A stretch of DNA of 64,000 nucleotides, taken from NCBI RefSeq assembly GCF_001194135.2, contig NC_068982.1, positions 54,103,292 through 54,167,291 of the forward strand, given 5' to 3'. This document shows positions 11,970-24,852 of this stretch, piece by piece; the first letter of the stretch is position 1, and every line of letters begins with the position of its first letter. The notes beneath the pieces are model-generated. The model was not told where the DNA came from. It was given only the letters and a program-made list of their open reading frames with translations, and ran no database searches. This DNA is from Octopus bimaculoides. Taxonomy: Eukaryota. Both the position numbers and the translations under genes were made by a program.

Positions 11970-13050
11970 CGGAATCTTCTGACAGCCTGTCTAACTGAAA
12001 CAAAACGGTATTTGCGCATGATTAACTTGAAACTCATGGCAACAGCTCCCTTCAAAATCCGTGTCTGGAGTTAGGTGAACGCAGTTGAGATACAGAACAA
12101 TTCTAAAAACAATATCTGAGGAAAGTACTCAAGAACCTTTCCATGTTACTTGTAAAAGAGCAATAACTCAAGTGAACGAAGGAAAGAAATCTATAAACAA
12201 ATACTGATTTTTATCTACTGTTGTCTATTTCGTGATGTTGTCTGGTGCCTTACAGATATTTTAGTGTTGAAGGAACGGCTGAATTTGTTACTAAACTAAA
12301 CAAACTTCAACTAAGCTTCACATTTGTATTTCCTGGGGCAAGCTGGAAGGTCTTGCCCAGACTGATGTAGAAATATGGTCCATTAGAGTTTGAACATCTT
12401 CAGTAGAATGTGCAATTAAGTCGCAGTCATCCACGTAAAGAAGATCATGAATAATGGATTGATAGTCGTTCGTATTTGACAGCAAAACACCGCAAATTGA
12501 AGCGACTGCCAGAAGACCATGCTTCACATAAATCCCAGAAGAGCGTTCGTCAGCGAAAACAGATGCATGAACAAAATACAAGAGCAAGTAGCTTATGGTA
12601 AGAACATCACTACGTTTAACATCATTGTCTACAGGTACGGACCTTGTTATACTGTGACATATATTTCCGTTTCATCGAGAAGTAATGTGAACAACGAAAA
12701 TTGCAGAATAGAGCATCCTTGGGGATGCTCTATTCACAGAACCGAAAACTTTTGTAAAGACAATGAAAACTTAGACAAAATTATGTTTTGCACTCTCTTC
12801 CAACGTACAATGAAAATCATATCTAATGTTCCTCTGCCAGAACGGAAACCACAACTTATGAAGTGGACAAAATAACGTTGACCTCGGATATTTATGACCG
12901 TATATCTTGCCAAGGCTAGGATCGCTAGTTACCAACGAAGTCATGAAATCAAACAAGAATCTGACTACAGTCAGTGTATTCGAGACAAAAAGTTTCGTAA
13001 CATGTAATAATACTTGTGGGAAGGTTTTCAAGTCTATTTGGTGGTTTAAA
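11970..13050 (-). mobile_element. RTE (BovB-like) LINE RT fragment
   Basis: IHDLLYVDDCDLIAHSTEDVQTLMDHIS matches RTE RDLLFADDCALVAHSE.DLQ.LMD. An upstream ORF has a degenerate CGFR..RGT.DMIF-type region. Confidence 0.8.
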
Positions 13051-13760
13051 AAGGCACATTGCTAATATAACGGAATGCGTACTTCTGCAAACAGTTGTGC
13101 ACATAAGCCGCTTTGTCTGGAAAGTTTGCCAACATACTTAGAAAAAGAAAAGATGAAGAAGTAGAAGGAGGAAGATGAGGTGATAGTGGAAGAGAATGTG
13201 GACGAGGAGGACAAGGGAGTAGAGGAAGACGCCCGCCGCAATTAACAAAAACAAAATCAAAAATACAAGAAAGAAAAGAAATTTTTCTCAGTTCCAAGAG
13301 AACATAGACACATGGTAAAAAGAGTATGAGCAGCAGCGTCTGTTAAATTAGACTTTAATGCAACGACCAGTTAATTTTGTTTTGATAAGAAAAATGAGAC
13401 TTGTCGCGCTTCACTATCAGAAATGCTCACTTCTTCAAATTCGTCCAAAAAAAGACATTATAGACGGTAGTTGGTACTAAAGGTTCGAGTTGCATGGAGA
13501 TAGCATGAAAACGAGAGTAATATAAGACACACAAACAAATAAACAAACAAACAAACAAACAAACAAATAAGTAAATAGGGCAGGCATGGATTCGTTGCAA
13601 ACACTAGTTTTCTGGGGCATTTTTAATTTTGATTTTTCTTGTTGCTGTTATTTATGATGTGTAGCACGGTTATTTAAAATGCATAATGGTTTTGTGTATG
13701 ACATACGACATTTGCACAAACTTATGCTTATGACACAACAGTATTATACACACACACACA

Positions 13761-13793
<33 letters not shown>

Positions 13794-14214
13794 NNNNNNN
13801 NNNNNNNNNNNNNNNNNNNNNNNNNNNNNNNNNNNNNNNNNNNNNNNNNNNNNNNNNNNNNNNNNNNNNNNNNNNNNNNNNNNNNNNNNNNNNNNNNNNN
13901 NNNNNNNNNNNNNNNNNNNNNNNNNNNNNNNNNNNNNNNNNNNNNNNNNNNNNNNNNNNNNNNNNNNNNNNNNNNNNNNNNNNNNNNNNNNNNNNNNNNN
14001 NNNNNNNNNNNNNNNNNNNNNNNNNNNNNNNNNNNNNNNNNNNNNNNNNNNNNNNNNNNNNNNNNNNNNNNNNNNNNNNNNNNNNNNNNNNNNNNNNNNN
14101 NNNNNNNNNNNNNNNNNNNNNNNNNNNNNNNNNNNNNNNNNNNNNNNNNNNNNNNNNNNNNNNNNNNNNNNNNNNNNNNNNNNNNNNNNNNNNNNNNNNN
14201 NNNNNNNNNNNNNN

Positions 14215-14250
<36 letters not shown>

Positions 14251-14420
14251 TCCGATGCTGGTATGTTTACGTCCCCGTAACTTAGCGGTTCGGCAAAAAG
14301 TGCGACAGAATAAGTACTAGGCTTACAAAGAAGAAGTCCTGGGGTCGATTTGTTCAACTAAAAGGCGGTGCTCCAGCATGGTCACAGTGAAATGACTGAA
14401 ACAAGTAATAGAATAAAAGA
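14215..14420 (+). mobile_element. SINE family B, 3-prime half
   Basis: GTTTACGTCCCCGTAACTTAGCGGTTCGGCAAAAAG...GGCGGTGCTCCAGCATGG...ATGACTGAAACAAGTAA. Confidence 0.9.
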
Positions 14421-15248
14421 AGATATATATCAACAGGTTTCAAAATTTTCTCCACCATTAATATAAACCGGTTAACAACGGAGGTGAATTGAGCTTGTGA
14501 ATGTAGCGTGTGAGTGTGTGTGCGTGTGTGTGTGTAAACATATATGAATATTTGTATATGATTTTTTTAATATTTTTATGCGCTGCATAAACATATGTAC
14601 ACATTCATATAGACATACATCCATCCATCCATCCTTTTATACACACACATATACATACATACATACATACATACATACATACACACATGCATACATACAT
14701 AGAAAATTGTTCATCATATCAGTTTGGGCGTGGAATATCAATGTCACTTCCGTTTAAAGGATTGGCGTACTAGATTTCTTAAGGTCTGTACGTGCTAAAG
14801 AGGTAGAAATAGCCAAACACTAAAAATAAAACAGTAACAAAAAATAAAAGAAACGTATAGAAGAATCTTGACGTAAGGTGGTTCATGATAGCAACAAAAA
14901 CTTATTGTTTGAGTTAAGGAAACACGTTCCTGAAAGCAAAAGAATAGAATTAAGCGAGAGAAATAAAGTTTCGAATATACGAGGAACTATAGCATAAAGT
15001 AGGTAAAGAAAGATTAATTAGAAAGTGGAAGTAATATGATGAAAATTATATTTAACGAAAGAAAGACATTAACTGTTGAATAGCGGTATTCAAGAGAAAT
15101 TATAACGGAATAAATTAAATTGTTTTCTTATAGATGTGTCGATAAGAAGCTCGCATTGCATTCAAATGGTCTCGCTTTGAGTTGCACTGAGTGACGTAAT
15201 CGATGAGTGTCTTTTAGTCTAGCCATGGGATAAATCATACCCGTCGTA

Positions 15249-15326
<78 letters not shown>

Positions 15327-15894
15327 TATATATATATATGTAAAAAGTTTTTATTTTTCATTTCATTCCTTTCGAGATTTCATCCCTAATTTCGTGGTTC
15401 TAGAAAATAGCAGTTCTTTCTCGCGTAAGGCATCCCATGAGTAGATTCCTCTTATGTATTTAAATATACACTGTACCTTATGAGTGTATATATATANNNN
15501 NNNNNNNNNNNNNNNNNNNNNNNNNNNNNNNNNNNNNNNNNNNNNNNNNNNNNNNNNNNNNNNNNNNNNNNNNNNNNNNNNNNNNNNNNNNNNNNNNNNN
15601 NNNNNNNNNNNNNNNNNNNNNNNNNNNNNNNNNNNNNNNNNNNNNNNNNNNNNNNNNNNNNNNNNNNNNNNNNNNNNNNNNNNNNNNNNNNNNNNNNNNN
15701 NNNNNNNNNNNNNNNNNNNNNNNNNNNNNNNNNNNNNNNNNNNNNNNNNNNNNNNNNNNNNNNNNNNNNNNNNNNNNNNNNNNNNNNNNNNNNNNNNNNN
15801 NNNNNNNNNNNNNNNNNNNNNNNNNNNNNNNNNNNNNNNNNNNNNNNNNNNNNNNNNNNNNNNNNNNNNNNNATATATATATGCATGCATGTGT

Positions 15895-16125
15895 GAAGGT
15901 GTGTTGCATAGTGATAGGGTGTTACATTTACGATCACAAGATCGAGGTTTCCAATCCCAGGTCAGGCCGTACGTTGTACTCTTGAACACATCATTCCAGT
16001 TCATATTGCTCTGTGATCATTTGGACACCTGATTTATGACACACAGTGCATCTGTACAGGCAGAGCTGATGTGATGAAGGAAGTGAACAGCGCAAACTTT
16101 TCATCACTATAAACAAATCATCTAT
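15895..16125 (+). mobile_element. tRNA/CORE-type SINE relic (separate family)
   Basis: A-box-like GTTGCATAGTGATAG, B-box-like GGTTTCCAATCCC, and CORE-like GTACTCTTGAACACATC. Confidence 0.5.
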
Positions 16126-16204
16126 GCAAGTAATTGTTCAGCTCTCAGCTGTCCATGCAGTATGTAAATATGGATGTGCATGCACGTATGTATGGATGTA
16201 CGCT

Positions 16205-16395
16205 GTGTGTGTTTGTCTTTGTTTGTCCCCACCACCGCTTCACATTCGTTGGTGATTTGTTTACGACCATGTAACTTAGCGGGTCTACAAGATACCGATA
16301 GAATTAATACCAAATTTATTAAATGAGTACTGAGGTCTATTTGTTTGACTATTCTCTTCAACATGAATCAGCATGGTTGCAGCTGAATAACTAAT
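16205..16395 (+). mobile_element. SINE family B, 3-prime half (degenerate)
   Basis: TTTGTCCCCACCACCGCTT...GTAACTTAGCGG...GATACCGATAGAAT. Confidence 0.65.
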
Positions 16396-16649
16396 GTAAG
16401 TGAGAATTAAAGAATTAAAGAATTACGAATAAGTTAGTCAGAAGATGAGAGGAAATAGGCATGTCATTTTCAGGCTCCCCCTATTAAGTGAGACTGATGA
16501 ATAAATGCGACTGAAAATTTATCGATAGCTGATGTTCAGTTGATTGAATAACATCGACTGAATTATACTACAGCATATTACTGATATTTTGTATGGACCC
16601 TGTTGAATTTAATCCACACACACACACACACACATATATATATAATGAG

Positions 16650-16843
16650 TACAAATTTTGGCTCAAGATCAGCAATTTCAGGGATAGGGTACACAGATTA
16701 CATTCACCCCAGTGCCCCTCTGGTCCTTATTTTATTGACCGCAAAAGGATGAAAGGCAAAGTCGACCTCGGCAGAATTTGAACTCAGAACGTAAAGACAG
16801 CATTTTGCTCGGCGTGCTAACGATCCTGCCACCTCACCGCCTT
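16650..16843 (-). mobile_element. SINE family A
   Basis: GGATGAAAGGCAAAGTCGACCTCGGCAGAATTTGAACTCAGAACG...GCTAACGATCCTGCCACCTCACCGCCTT. Confidence 0.88.
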
Positions 16844-16856
16844 CATCCATCCATCC

Positions 16857-16896
<40 letters not shown>

Positions 16897-17452
16897 ATAT
16901 ATGCATATATATATATANNNNNNNNNNNNNNNNNNNNNNNNNNNNNNNNNNNNNNNNNNNNNNNNNNNNNNNNNNNNNNNNNNNNNNNNNNNNNNNNNNN
17001 NNNNNNNNNNNNNNNNNNNNNNNNNNNNNNNNNNNNNNNNNNNNNNNNNNNNNNNNNNNNNNNNNNNNNNNNNNNNNNNNNNNNNNNNNNNNNNNNNNNN
17101 NNNNNNNNNNNNNNNNNNNNNNNNNNNNNNNNNNNNNNNNNNNNNNNNNNNNNNNNNNNNNNNNNNNNNNNNNNNNNNNNNNNNNNNNNNNNNNNNNNNN
17201 NNNNNNNNNNNNNNNNNNNNNNNNNNNNNNNNNNNNNNNNNNNNNNNNNNNNNNNNNNNNNNNNNNNNNNNNNNNNNNNNNNNNNNNNNNNNNNNNNNNN
17301 NNNNNNNNNNNNNNNNNNNNNNNNNNNNNNNNNNNNNNNNNNNNNNNNNNNNNNNNNNNNNNNNNNNNNNNNNNNNNNNNNNNNNTATATATATATATGT
17401 ATATATATTTATGTATACATATATATATATGTATAAATATAGACATATATAT

Positions 17453-17536
<84 letters not shown>

Positions 17537-17904
17537 TTATGTATGTATATACATATATATAATACAGACATAACGGAGTTGAATGAAGTAAAGTATATAA
17601 CCTGGTTTCCTATCGTTTCGGCGAAAGAACAACTCAGATGACTCAGAAATTAGATAGGAATAATTACTGTTTCTAATATTAACACAAGGTCACGAATTTC
17701 GAGGAAGAGGTGGTGTTTTAATTTTATAAACCGTCATATTTCACTTGGGCTGATATTATCGACCGAACCGGAACTATGAAGTAGTTTCGTACCCGGTGCT
17801 ACTGGGATTCTAGGCGTAAAAGGAATTAAATAAATATCGAAAACCAGGATAACAGCTTAACTATGCCATCATAATAACTACGACAACAATATATTTGCCT
17901 AAAG

Positions 17905-18052
17905 CGCAGGCATGGCTTGTGTTGTTGAAAAGCTCGCTTTGCGACTACGTCATTCCGGGTTCAGTTCCACTGCACGGCACTAGCTCAATATCATCTACTA
18001 CAGCGCTGCATTGACCAATGCCTTACGAATGCATTTGTTAAACAGAAGCCTG

Positions 18053-18060
<8 letters not shown>
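17905..18060 (+). mobile_element. SINE family B, 5-prime half
   Basis: TCCGGGTTCAGTTCCACTGCACGGCAC...GAAGCCTGTCATATAT, running into (TA)n. Confidence 0.7.
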
Positions 18061-18093
<33 letters not shown>

Positions 18094-18139
18094 NNNNNNN
18101 NNNCTAAGCTAAGAGCATTAGATTCCTTGGAAGTATGTA

Positions 18140-18290
18140 AGGCCTGGCTAGAAGCTTAGGAAAACTGAAGAACCGCTGCAATGAGTGTGTGAATCTGATA
18201 GGGAAATATGTTAAATAAAATCATAATTAACTGGTCCTCCTGTATTTTCTTTTACCCAAAGCCAGAAACTTTTCAATAGCTCAAGGCTTA
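18140..18290 (+). mobile_element. Mariner 3-prime end relic
   Basis: KLKNRCNECVNLIGKYVK* resembles KL..RW.KCV...GEYVE*. It is followed by a partial TIR-like AACTTTTCAATA similar to the one near 7830. Confidence 0.55.
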
Positions 18291-18489
18291 ATTAATGAAT
18301 TATTTAATGAAAGCATTAGATTAATTGGTAAAGACTTACAGCATGCAAATTAGTAGATCCAGTTCACAGAAGTTGCCAGATTTGATGTGTATATAAACAA
18401 ATTTGATGTGTATATAAACAAATTTGCTGCCCGTTTCTCTAGGATTGGTCAAGTAATGGAGACACCCTTGATTAGATCCTACTAGCTCG

Positions 18490-18712
18490 TTTATTTTTTT
18501 ACACGTTTCAGTCATCTGACTGCAGCCATGCTGAAACACCACCTCAAAGGGTTTTCGTCGAACAAATCGACCCCAGGACTTATTCTTTGTCAGCCTAGTA
18601 CTTATTTTGCCGGTGTCTTTTACCGAATCGCAAGATTACGAGGTCATAAACACACTACCATAGGCTGTCAAGCGATGGGGGGGGGGGCATAGAAACAAAA
18701 ACACACACATAA

Positions 18713-18757
<45 letters not shown>

Positions 18758-19312
18758 GTACAAAATGGGACAAGAACGCAAAACATCCAGACAGTTAAGT
18801 GATACAAGAAAGGGACAACAAAACATCCAGATACACGATACAAAGAAAACAAGGACAGGTCATTCGGAGTTTTCTTTCCTTAGTCGAGAGCCAGAGCATC
18901 TTTGCAATTTCGGCTGGCTATTCTCGATATTGCTCCAATCTGGTCAGCCCCAAGGAAAAACTAAGCTAAGAGCATTAGATTCCTTGGAAGAAAGTAGCGA
19001 ATGTATACGAAAAGAAGAACGGGGAAAAAAACGAACAATGTTACATGAATACAATAAAAATAATAACAGGACATAACAACAGGTGTCTTTCGACTAAGGA
19101 CGAATTGAATTAAGCTGGCGTGTGTGGAAATAAAGCCTTACGGCAGGGATGCGGCGGGCTTCTTTCAGTTTCCGTCTACCAGATCCACTCACAAGGCTTT
19201 GGTCGGCCAGGGTCTGTAGTAGAAGACACTCGCCCAAGGAGCCACGCAGTGGGACTGAACCCGGCTTCATGTGGTTGGGAAGCAAGCTTCTTACCTTACA
19301 TTCATGCTCGCC
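18490..19312 (-). mobile_element. SINE family B split by an unclassified insertion of about 390 bp (18755-19148)
   Basis: The 3-prime half lies at 18490-18715 and the 5-prime half at 19150-19312, in the same orientation, with unrelated sequence next to the central microsatellite. Confidence 0.75.
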
Positions 19313-19439
19313 CCGAAGAAAGTTCATCTTTTCTTTTTTTTTTTTTTTTGCAATTTACACAAAAATAGTTAAATTTGAAATGTCTGTGTGAGTTGGAGAC
19401 TGTATACGGTTAAAGTTGTTTTGTTGTTTCTGCGGTTTG

Positions 19440-19457
19440 AATTTTCGTTGTTGTTGC

Positions 19458-19512
<55 letters not shown>

Positions 19513-19520
19513 GCTGCTGC

Positions 19521-19560
<40 letters not shown>

Positions 19561-19636
19561 GATGATGATGACGACGACGATGATGATGATGACGATGATG
19601 ACGATGATGATGACGACGATGATGATGATGATGATG
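19440..19636. repeat. Compound (GTT)n/(GAT)n microsatellite
   Basis: Seen directly. Confidence 0.97.
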
Positions 19637-21584
19637 TAGTTTGGGTAGTTAAGAATTTGGCTGTAGTTGGGGATTTTGTGTTTGTTGCTTTCGTTGTGTC
19701 CCCGTAATCTTTTTCAAGAAGGGTACCGCATGAGATATGGATGATCATCAGGCAGGCCGAAGAACTATGAAACTTTAAGGTAATTTTTTGTTAGTCTTGC
19801 CATTCAGAAAACCCAGCAGGCTGCAGTCTGCCAATGTTCGCTAGATATAGTTCGAGGTCCTCTTGCTACAGTTCCCTGACATTCTAAAAGTAAGTATATT
19901 CTTCCAGTTCTCACTGCCAGCCTACAACCGCGTAATTACTGCTGGTCCATTTAGCAATGCTAATTTCATTGCTCATACCTTTTATAATATTTATTATAAA
20001 GCAGTAATCTTCGTCTCTATACTCACTTTCCTCCTCAAGTGGGATTTGAAGAAGTTGACGAGAGCTTAATCTCAAAGGAAAAATTCTGTCTTCAAACATT
20101 TCAACCACTTCCGCCATACAACTTTTTTCGTTATTCCTACCAAACAAGAAAACTTTCCGCTTTTCCTTGCGAAGAAATCGATTCCAGGCCACCGTTGCTA
20201 GTTTTTTACCTCCACTTACCATTTATAGAATATGTGGGCTCTATTTTTCAACGAATACATTATCCACTTGATATAGTCAATGAACATCGAGCAACATTTG
20301 AAATGCCGAAGTTTCAACCTAAGTCTACACGTAAGAATCGAAAAACGCGTCAAAGAATCTCTGCATATGCGTCACCCACGGCGTCTGCCTGTGTGTTATC
20401 CACAGCATTTCAAACCCTTTTCCTTTGAAGTGGGCGTTGGCAGCAAATGGACAGTTTAACCAGCACGACCGATTCCACCCACAAGAAGCGCAAAAGCACA
20501 CTTCCAAACTGACAAGATATTTCCTAAGTCAAAGTACGACTGTCAGATGGAAATAAACGACCGAAGCGATGATATTAAACTACACCCGACCGAACTTTTG
20601 AGGACAACTTCCCTTCAACCCATTTCTGAGCGCTCTGGTCATCCTGTTCGTATTGACCAAGACGTTTTGTTGAAACCAAACCGAAAACATCTTCACTCCA
20701 GTCATCGAGAAGAGCCGCTACCTTGCATCTGACGCATGATTTGCCTAACCACTTGTAGAGTTGCATGCCCACTAACTTGTTCCAGTTCATTGATTCCCCT
20801 TACTTTTTGGCATTTTTCGCAATGGTACCGTCCATCTCTATTTCTCATGAGTTCGTTACCATCATGGTGATGGTGTTATTCAGTATAAATACGTTGTCTC
20901 TCATCGTTTCTAACCCTGCAGCATAGAAGTAGCGACAAGTCATGCAGAAGAGATAATAGGAGCAACCATAGCAAATCGATTCCACGACGCAAAACGGTCC
21001 AGTGGTTGGTCATTTAGTTTAACCACTGAAATTATGCCTCAATCCAGCCTTTGAAAACGAGACCGAAATTATATACGTCCAGGACAATCTCAAGACAGCG
21101 ATCAATCTAAAGATGTCAAAACACTTTTAACGGATGTAAATTAACCAGTACACAATCGAAGCCAGAGCTTGTATCACCCTTTCTAAGTATATCGCATGAA
21201 CTGAAGATTGTCGTAAATAAACCTAACTGGGATCGTGCAAGTTTGCTCATCTCCGACTAAATTACAAATAAAAATAAAGCTCTTGGAGAAAGCTTTTGCC
21301 AAATTTTTAACTCTGTTGTCTGTCATCATTCCTCGGTTCGCACAACTTGGATTTCTTCTAGTTGACATGTAAGACACTACCATGCCAGTAGCGAACAAAA
21401 TCTGGTATCTAACAGTAAATTTGTAAGGCAAGCCATCCAGTTCTTGTGATTTGTCTGCCACAGACTAGTTCAACACGTATACAGCTTCGTGTATGAAAAC
21501 CGGTTTTTAGCAGCAGTCTACGTGTTCGGCCAATTGTCACAGCCTATTCTTTAGATTAGCATGTATTTATATTCTTTTCTATTC

Positions 21585-21675
21585 TACGCAACTGGTACTT
21601 AATTTGTCGACTCCGAAAGGATGAAAGGTTAAGTCGACCTCGGTGGAATTTGAACTCAGAATGTAAAGAGAGACA
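21585..21675 (-). mobile_element. SINE family A fragment
   Basis: AACTGGTACTTAATTTGTCGACTCCGAAAGGATGAAAGGTTAAGTCGACCTCGGTGGAATTTGAACTCAGAA. Confidence 0.8.
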
Positions 21676-22065
21676 AAATACTCTGAAAAGCTGCTGACAC
21701 CAAATAGCACGCGTCCACTGTGTCCGCCAAGATTTTCTGTGTCTTTCGTACTTTTATGTTTTAGACAACGCCCTCAACGAATAGTTTATCCTTTACGTTT
21801 CGAGTCTAGAAATTTAGTCGCACACTTTTCTCGTTGCACACACCTCGTAAATGACGCTTTTCAGTTCAGTTTTTTTTTGTGTTTTTTTTTTTTAATTTAC
21901 TCTTCTCTACTGCTGTGTCTAATTGCCGAAACTGACCGATTCTGCTCTCAAATTTTCATTTTTACTGAGAACCACCACCGGTCACTATAATCGTGCTTAT
22001 CGATTACAACCTAACCAATTTGTTAATCCATTCCTTGAAAGCTACATTCAGTTTCCAGTACCTGT

Positions 22066-22096
<31 letters not shown>

Positions 22097-23584
22097 TAAT
22101 AATAATAATAATAATGAGGAGGAGGAGGAGGAGGNNNNNNNNNNNNNNNNNNNNNNNNNNNNNNNNNNNNNNNNNNNNNNNNNNNNNNNNNNNNNNNNNN
22201 NNNNNNNNNNNNNNNNNNNNNNNNNNNNNNNNNNNNNNNNNNNNNNNNNNNNNNNNNNNNNNNNNNNNNNNNNNNNNNNNNNNNNNNNNNNNNNNNNNNN
22301 NNNNNNNNNNNNNNNNNNNNAAAAAAAAAAAAAACAAAACAATAAAGGAACAAGTAAAGAAGTTTGTATGCAATACATGCAGAATTCTTTATTTTATGAC
22401 ATTCTTTGGTAGTGTCGACAATCAGGCGATTCCAGTGTTGCAGAAAATGGGCGGGACACAAAATTTTATTTCTTTGTTGGGATCGTTTGATTGACAGCTA
22501 CTGTGAACGTTTGTAATGTATGCGGCAAACCCTCTTTGTTGTGTTGACATTTTTTAACAATTTGAGATTTACTGACAGTGTGAGAACCGTATTGCTCGCC
22601 ATGTGCTTGAAATTTACTTGCGGTGAGGGGTTTGTCAGCGGCAGAGGGTGGTGCTACAAAAACTTGATTCAATGAGCGGGTCTATATCAAAAGTGTTTAT
22701 GCGCACGCTCGCGTTTGTGTGTGTGTGTGTGTGTGTGTATGGAAGGGGCATTCGTCGTAAGAAAAAGATAGAGAGTGGAAAGAAAGAGAAAAGAGAGGTG
22801 TGCTTTAGCGTCAGTATGCAAAGATGGGGAGTAGAAAGAGAAGAAACAGTGTCTATATGCATCTGTATATGTTTATGCATTATATCTATATGTTTATGTA
22901 TCGTATGAATGTTTATGTATGTGCGTATTTGTATTTCCATATATGTTTGACGTATTTGTGGGGGAATGTTTGCGTGTGCATGTGTGTGTGTGTGTGCGCA
23001 CACGTATGTATGCATCTGTGTTACGTGAAATGCCTAATTTTTTACTGGTTCTGGTTCTGGTTATCATTATTTGTAATGTTTTTAGCGTGTAAATATAATT
23101 TAAGCTTTTGGTCTTTAATTAATGAATTGGCTAAGTTATCTTAGCTTAATTAATATTTTCATTAGTAGTTGTGGAGGGGTTATTGCTTTTGGATGGCAAC
23201 GGGAAAGTTAAAAAAGAAAAACCAGAAACCCATTAACCTAATTCTTACGGATTAGTTAGGTGGAGGATTAATGGAAAGAGATAAAGTGGTTTGAAACGCT
23301 GAGTAAACTTTTTTTCCTGGCATCGCAATATATAAATATACTGGAGAAATTGAAATCACAAACTGGGTCAGTCCGTTATGATGTTTAACAACACCGACAA
23401 AGACACAGAATATAAACTTGTTGTTGTTGTTGTTGCTGTTCTTAGTTTAAACTTACAAAATTACATATTCTTTCTTCAAAATCTTATTTCATTTTATAGC
23501 TTTTGTCTGGAAGAAAACCTAGCACCTATGATATTCGTAGACCATCCAAGACTGCTGAATGAGATCGATATGGTGTGTCTTCTG

Positions 23585-24078
23585 CTTGGATGTGGCTCTG
23601 TGTAATGAGCTTGCTTCCCAATTATATGCTTCAGACAGAGTTCAGTCCTACCACATGACACCTTGGGCAACTATTTTCTACTATAGCTCTAAGCTGACCA
23701 AAGTCTTGTGAGATGCTTTGCTAGAAGGAAACTAAAAGAATTACGTGCGTGTGTGTGTGTGTGAATGCGTTTGTGTGTATGTGTGTATGTGCGTGTGTGT
23801 ATGTCTGTATGCATGTGTGTTTATATGTGTATGTGTGTGTGCGTGCGCGCGCACGTGTGTATGTCTTTGTGTTTATTCTCTCATCCCACTGCTTGATTAC
23901 CGGTGTTGGTTTATTTACATCCCCTGTTATCTAGCAGTTCGAAAAAAAGAGACTAATATAATAAGTATCAGACTTCTAAAAAAATAGTACTAGGGTTGCT
24001 TTGTCGACTAAACCCTTCAAGGCTGTGCTCCAGCATGGCCGCAGTCTAATGATTGAAACAAGTAAAAGAATAAAAACA
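23585..24078 (+). mobile_element. SINE family B, full length with expanded central (TG)n
   Basis: Head GTGGCTCTGTGTAATGAGCTTGCTTCCC, CORE-like CACCTTGGGCAA, and 3-prime half ending ATTGAAACAAGTAAAAGAATA. Confidence 0.8.
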
Positions 24079-24462
24079 AAGATGAATAGAAAATCTGGAC
24101 AGAGAGAGAATTCCATTACGATGACGCTCTTGAGTGGAAGAATTAGAGAACAAATGATATTTCTATTTATCTAATTAATTATTTATCTTTCATTTTCTTT
24201 CCAGATATATTATCGAAATCGTAAATGTCTGCCTTTGCTCTGTTTAACCGATAACATTTATCAATCGATGCCATTTCGTTCAACAGACGATATCTTTTCT
24301 TCATTATGAAGTTTCTTCCACTATTAATTTAGAACAATGTAAAGGCTAAGGGTTCTAGTATATGGCATTTGTTTTCAACCAGGGTCCATGAAACGCTAAG
24401 ACATCCCTATAAGATTTTGTTAAAATATATGTGCAAGTAATAGGTTATACTTCAACAAGATT

Positions 24463-24622
24463 GGCTGTGTGGTAAGTAGCTTGCCTACCAACCACATGGT
24501 TCCGGGTTCAGTTCCACTGCTTGGCATCTTGGGCAAGTGTCTTCTACTATAGCCTCGGGCCGACCAAAGCCTTGTGAGTGGATTTGGTAGACGGAAACTG
24601 AAAGAAGCCCGTCGTATATATG

Positions 24623-24653
<31 letters not shown>

Positions 24654-24852
24654 CCCGCTAGCATTGTTTGACAACTGATGCTGGTGTGTTTATGTCCCCG
24701 TCACTTAGCGGTTCAGCAAAAGAGACCGATAGAATAAGTACTAGGCTGATAAAAAATAAGTTCTGAAGTCGATTTCTTCGACTCAAAACCCCTTTAAAGC
24801 AGTGCTCTAGCATGGCCGCAGTCACATGTCTGAAACAAGTAAAAGAATAAAA
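24463..24852 (+). mobile_element. SINE family B (tRNA head + CORE-like box + internal microsatellite), full length
   Basis: GGCTGTGTGGTAAGTAGCTTGCC...GGTTCCGGGTTCAGTTCCAC...CTTGGGCAAGTGTCTTCTACTATAGCC...GAAAGAAGCCCGTCG(TA/TG)n...GAAACAAGTAAAAGAATAAAAG. Confidence 0.92.

Noticed and set aside
24185-24230. Strong polypyrimidine-CAG acceptor at 24204 and a possible 16-nt microexon
   Set aside because: The donor (GTAAAT) is weak, and no partner exon or recognisable peptide was found.
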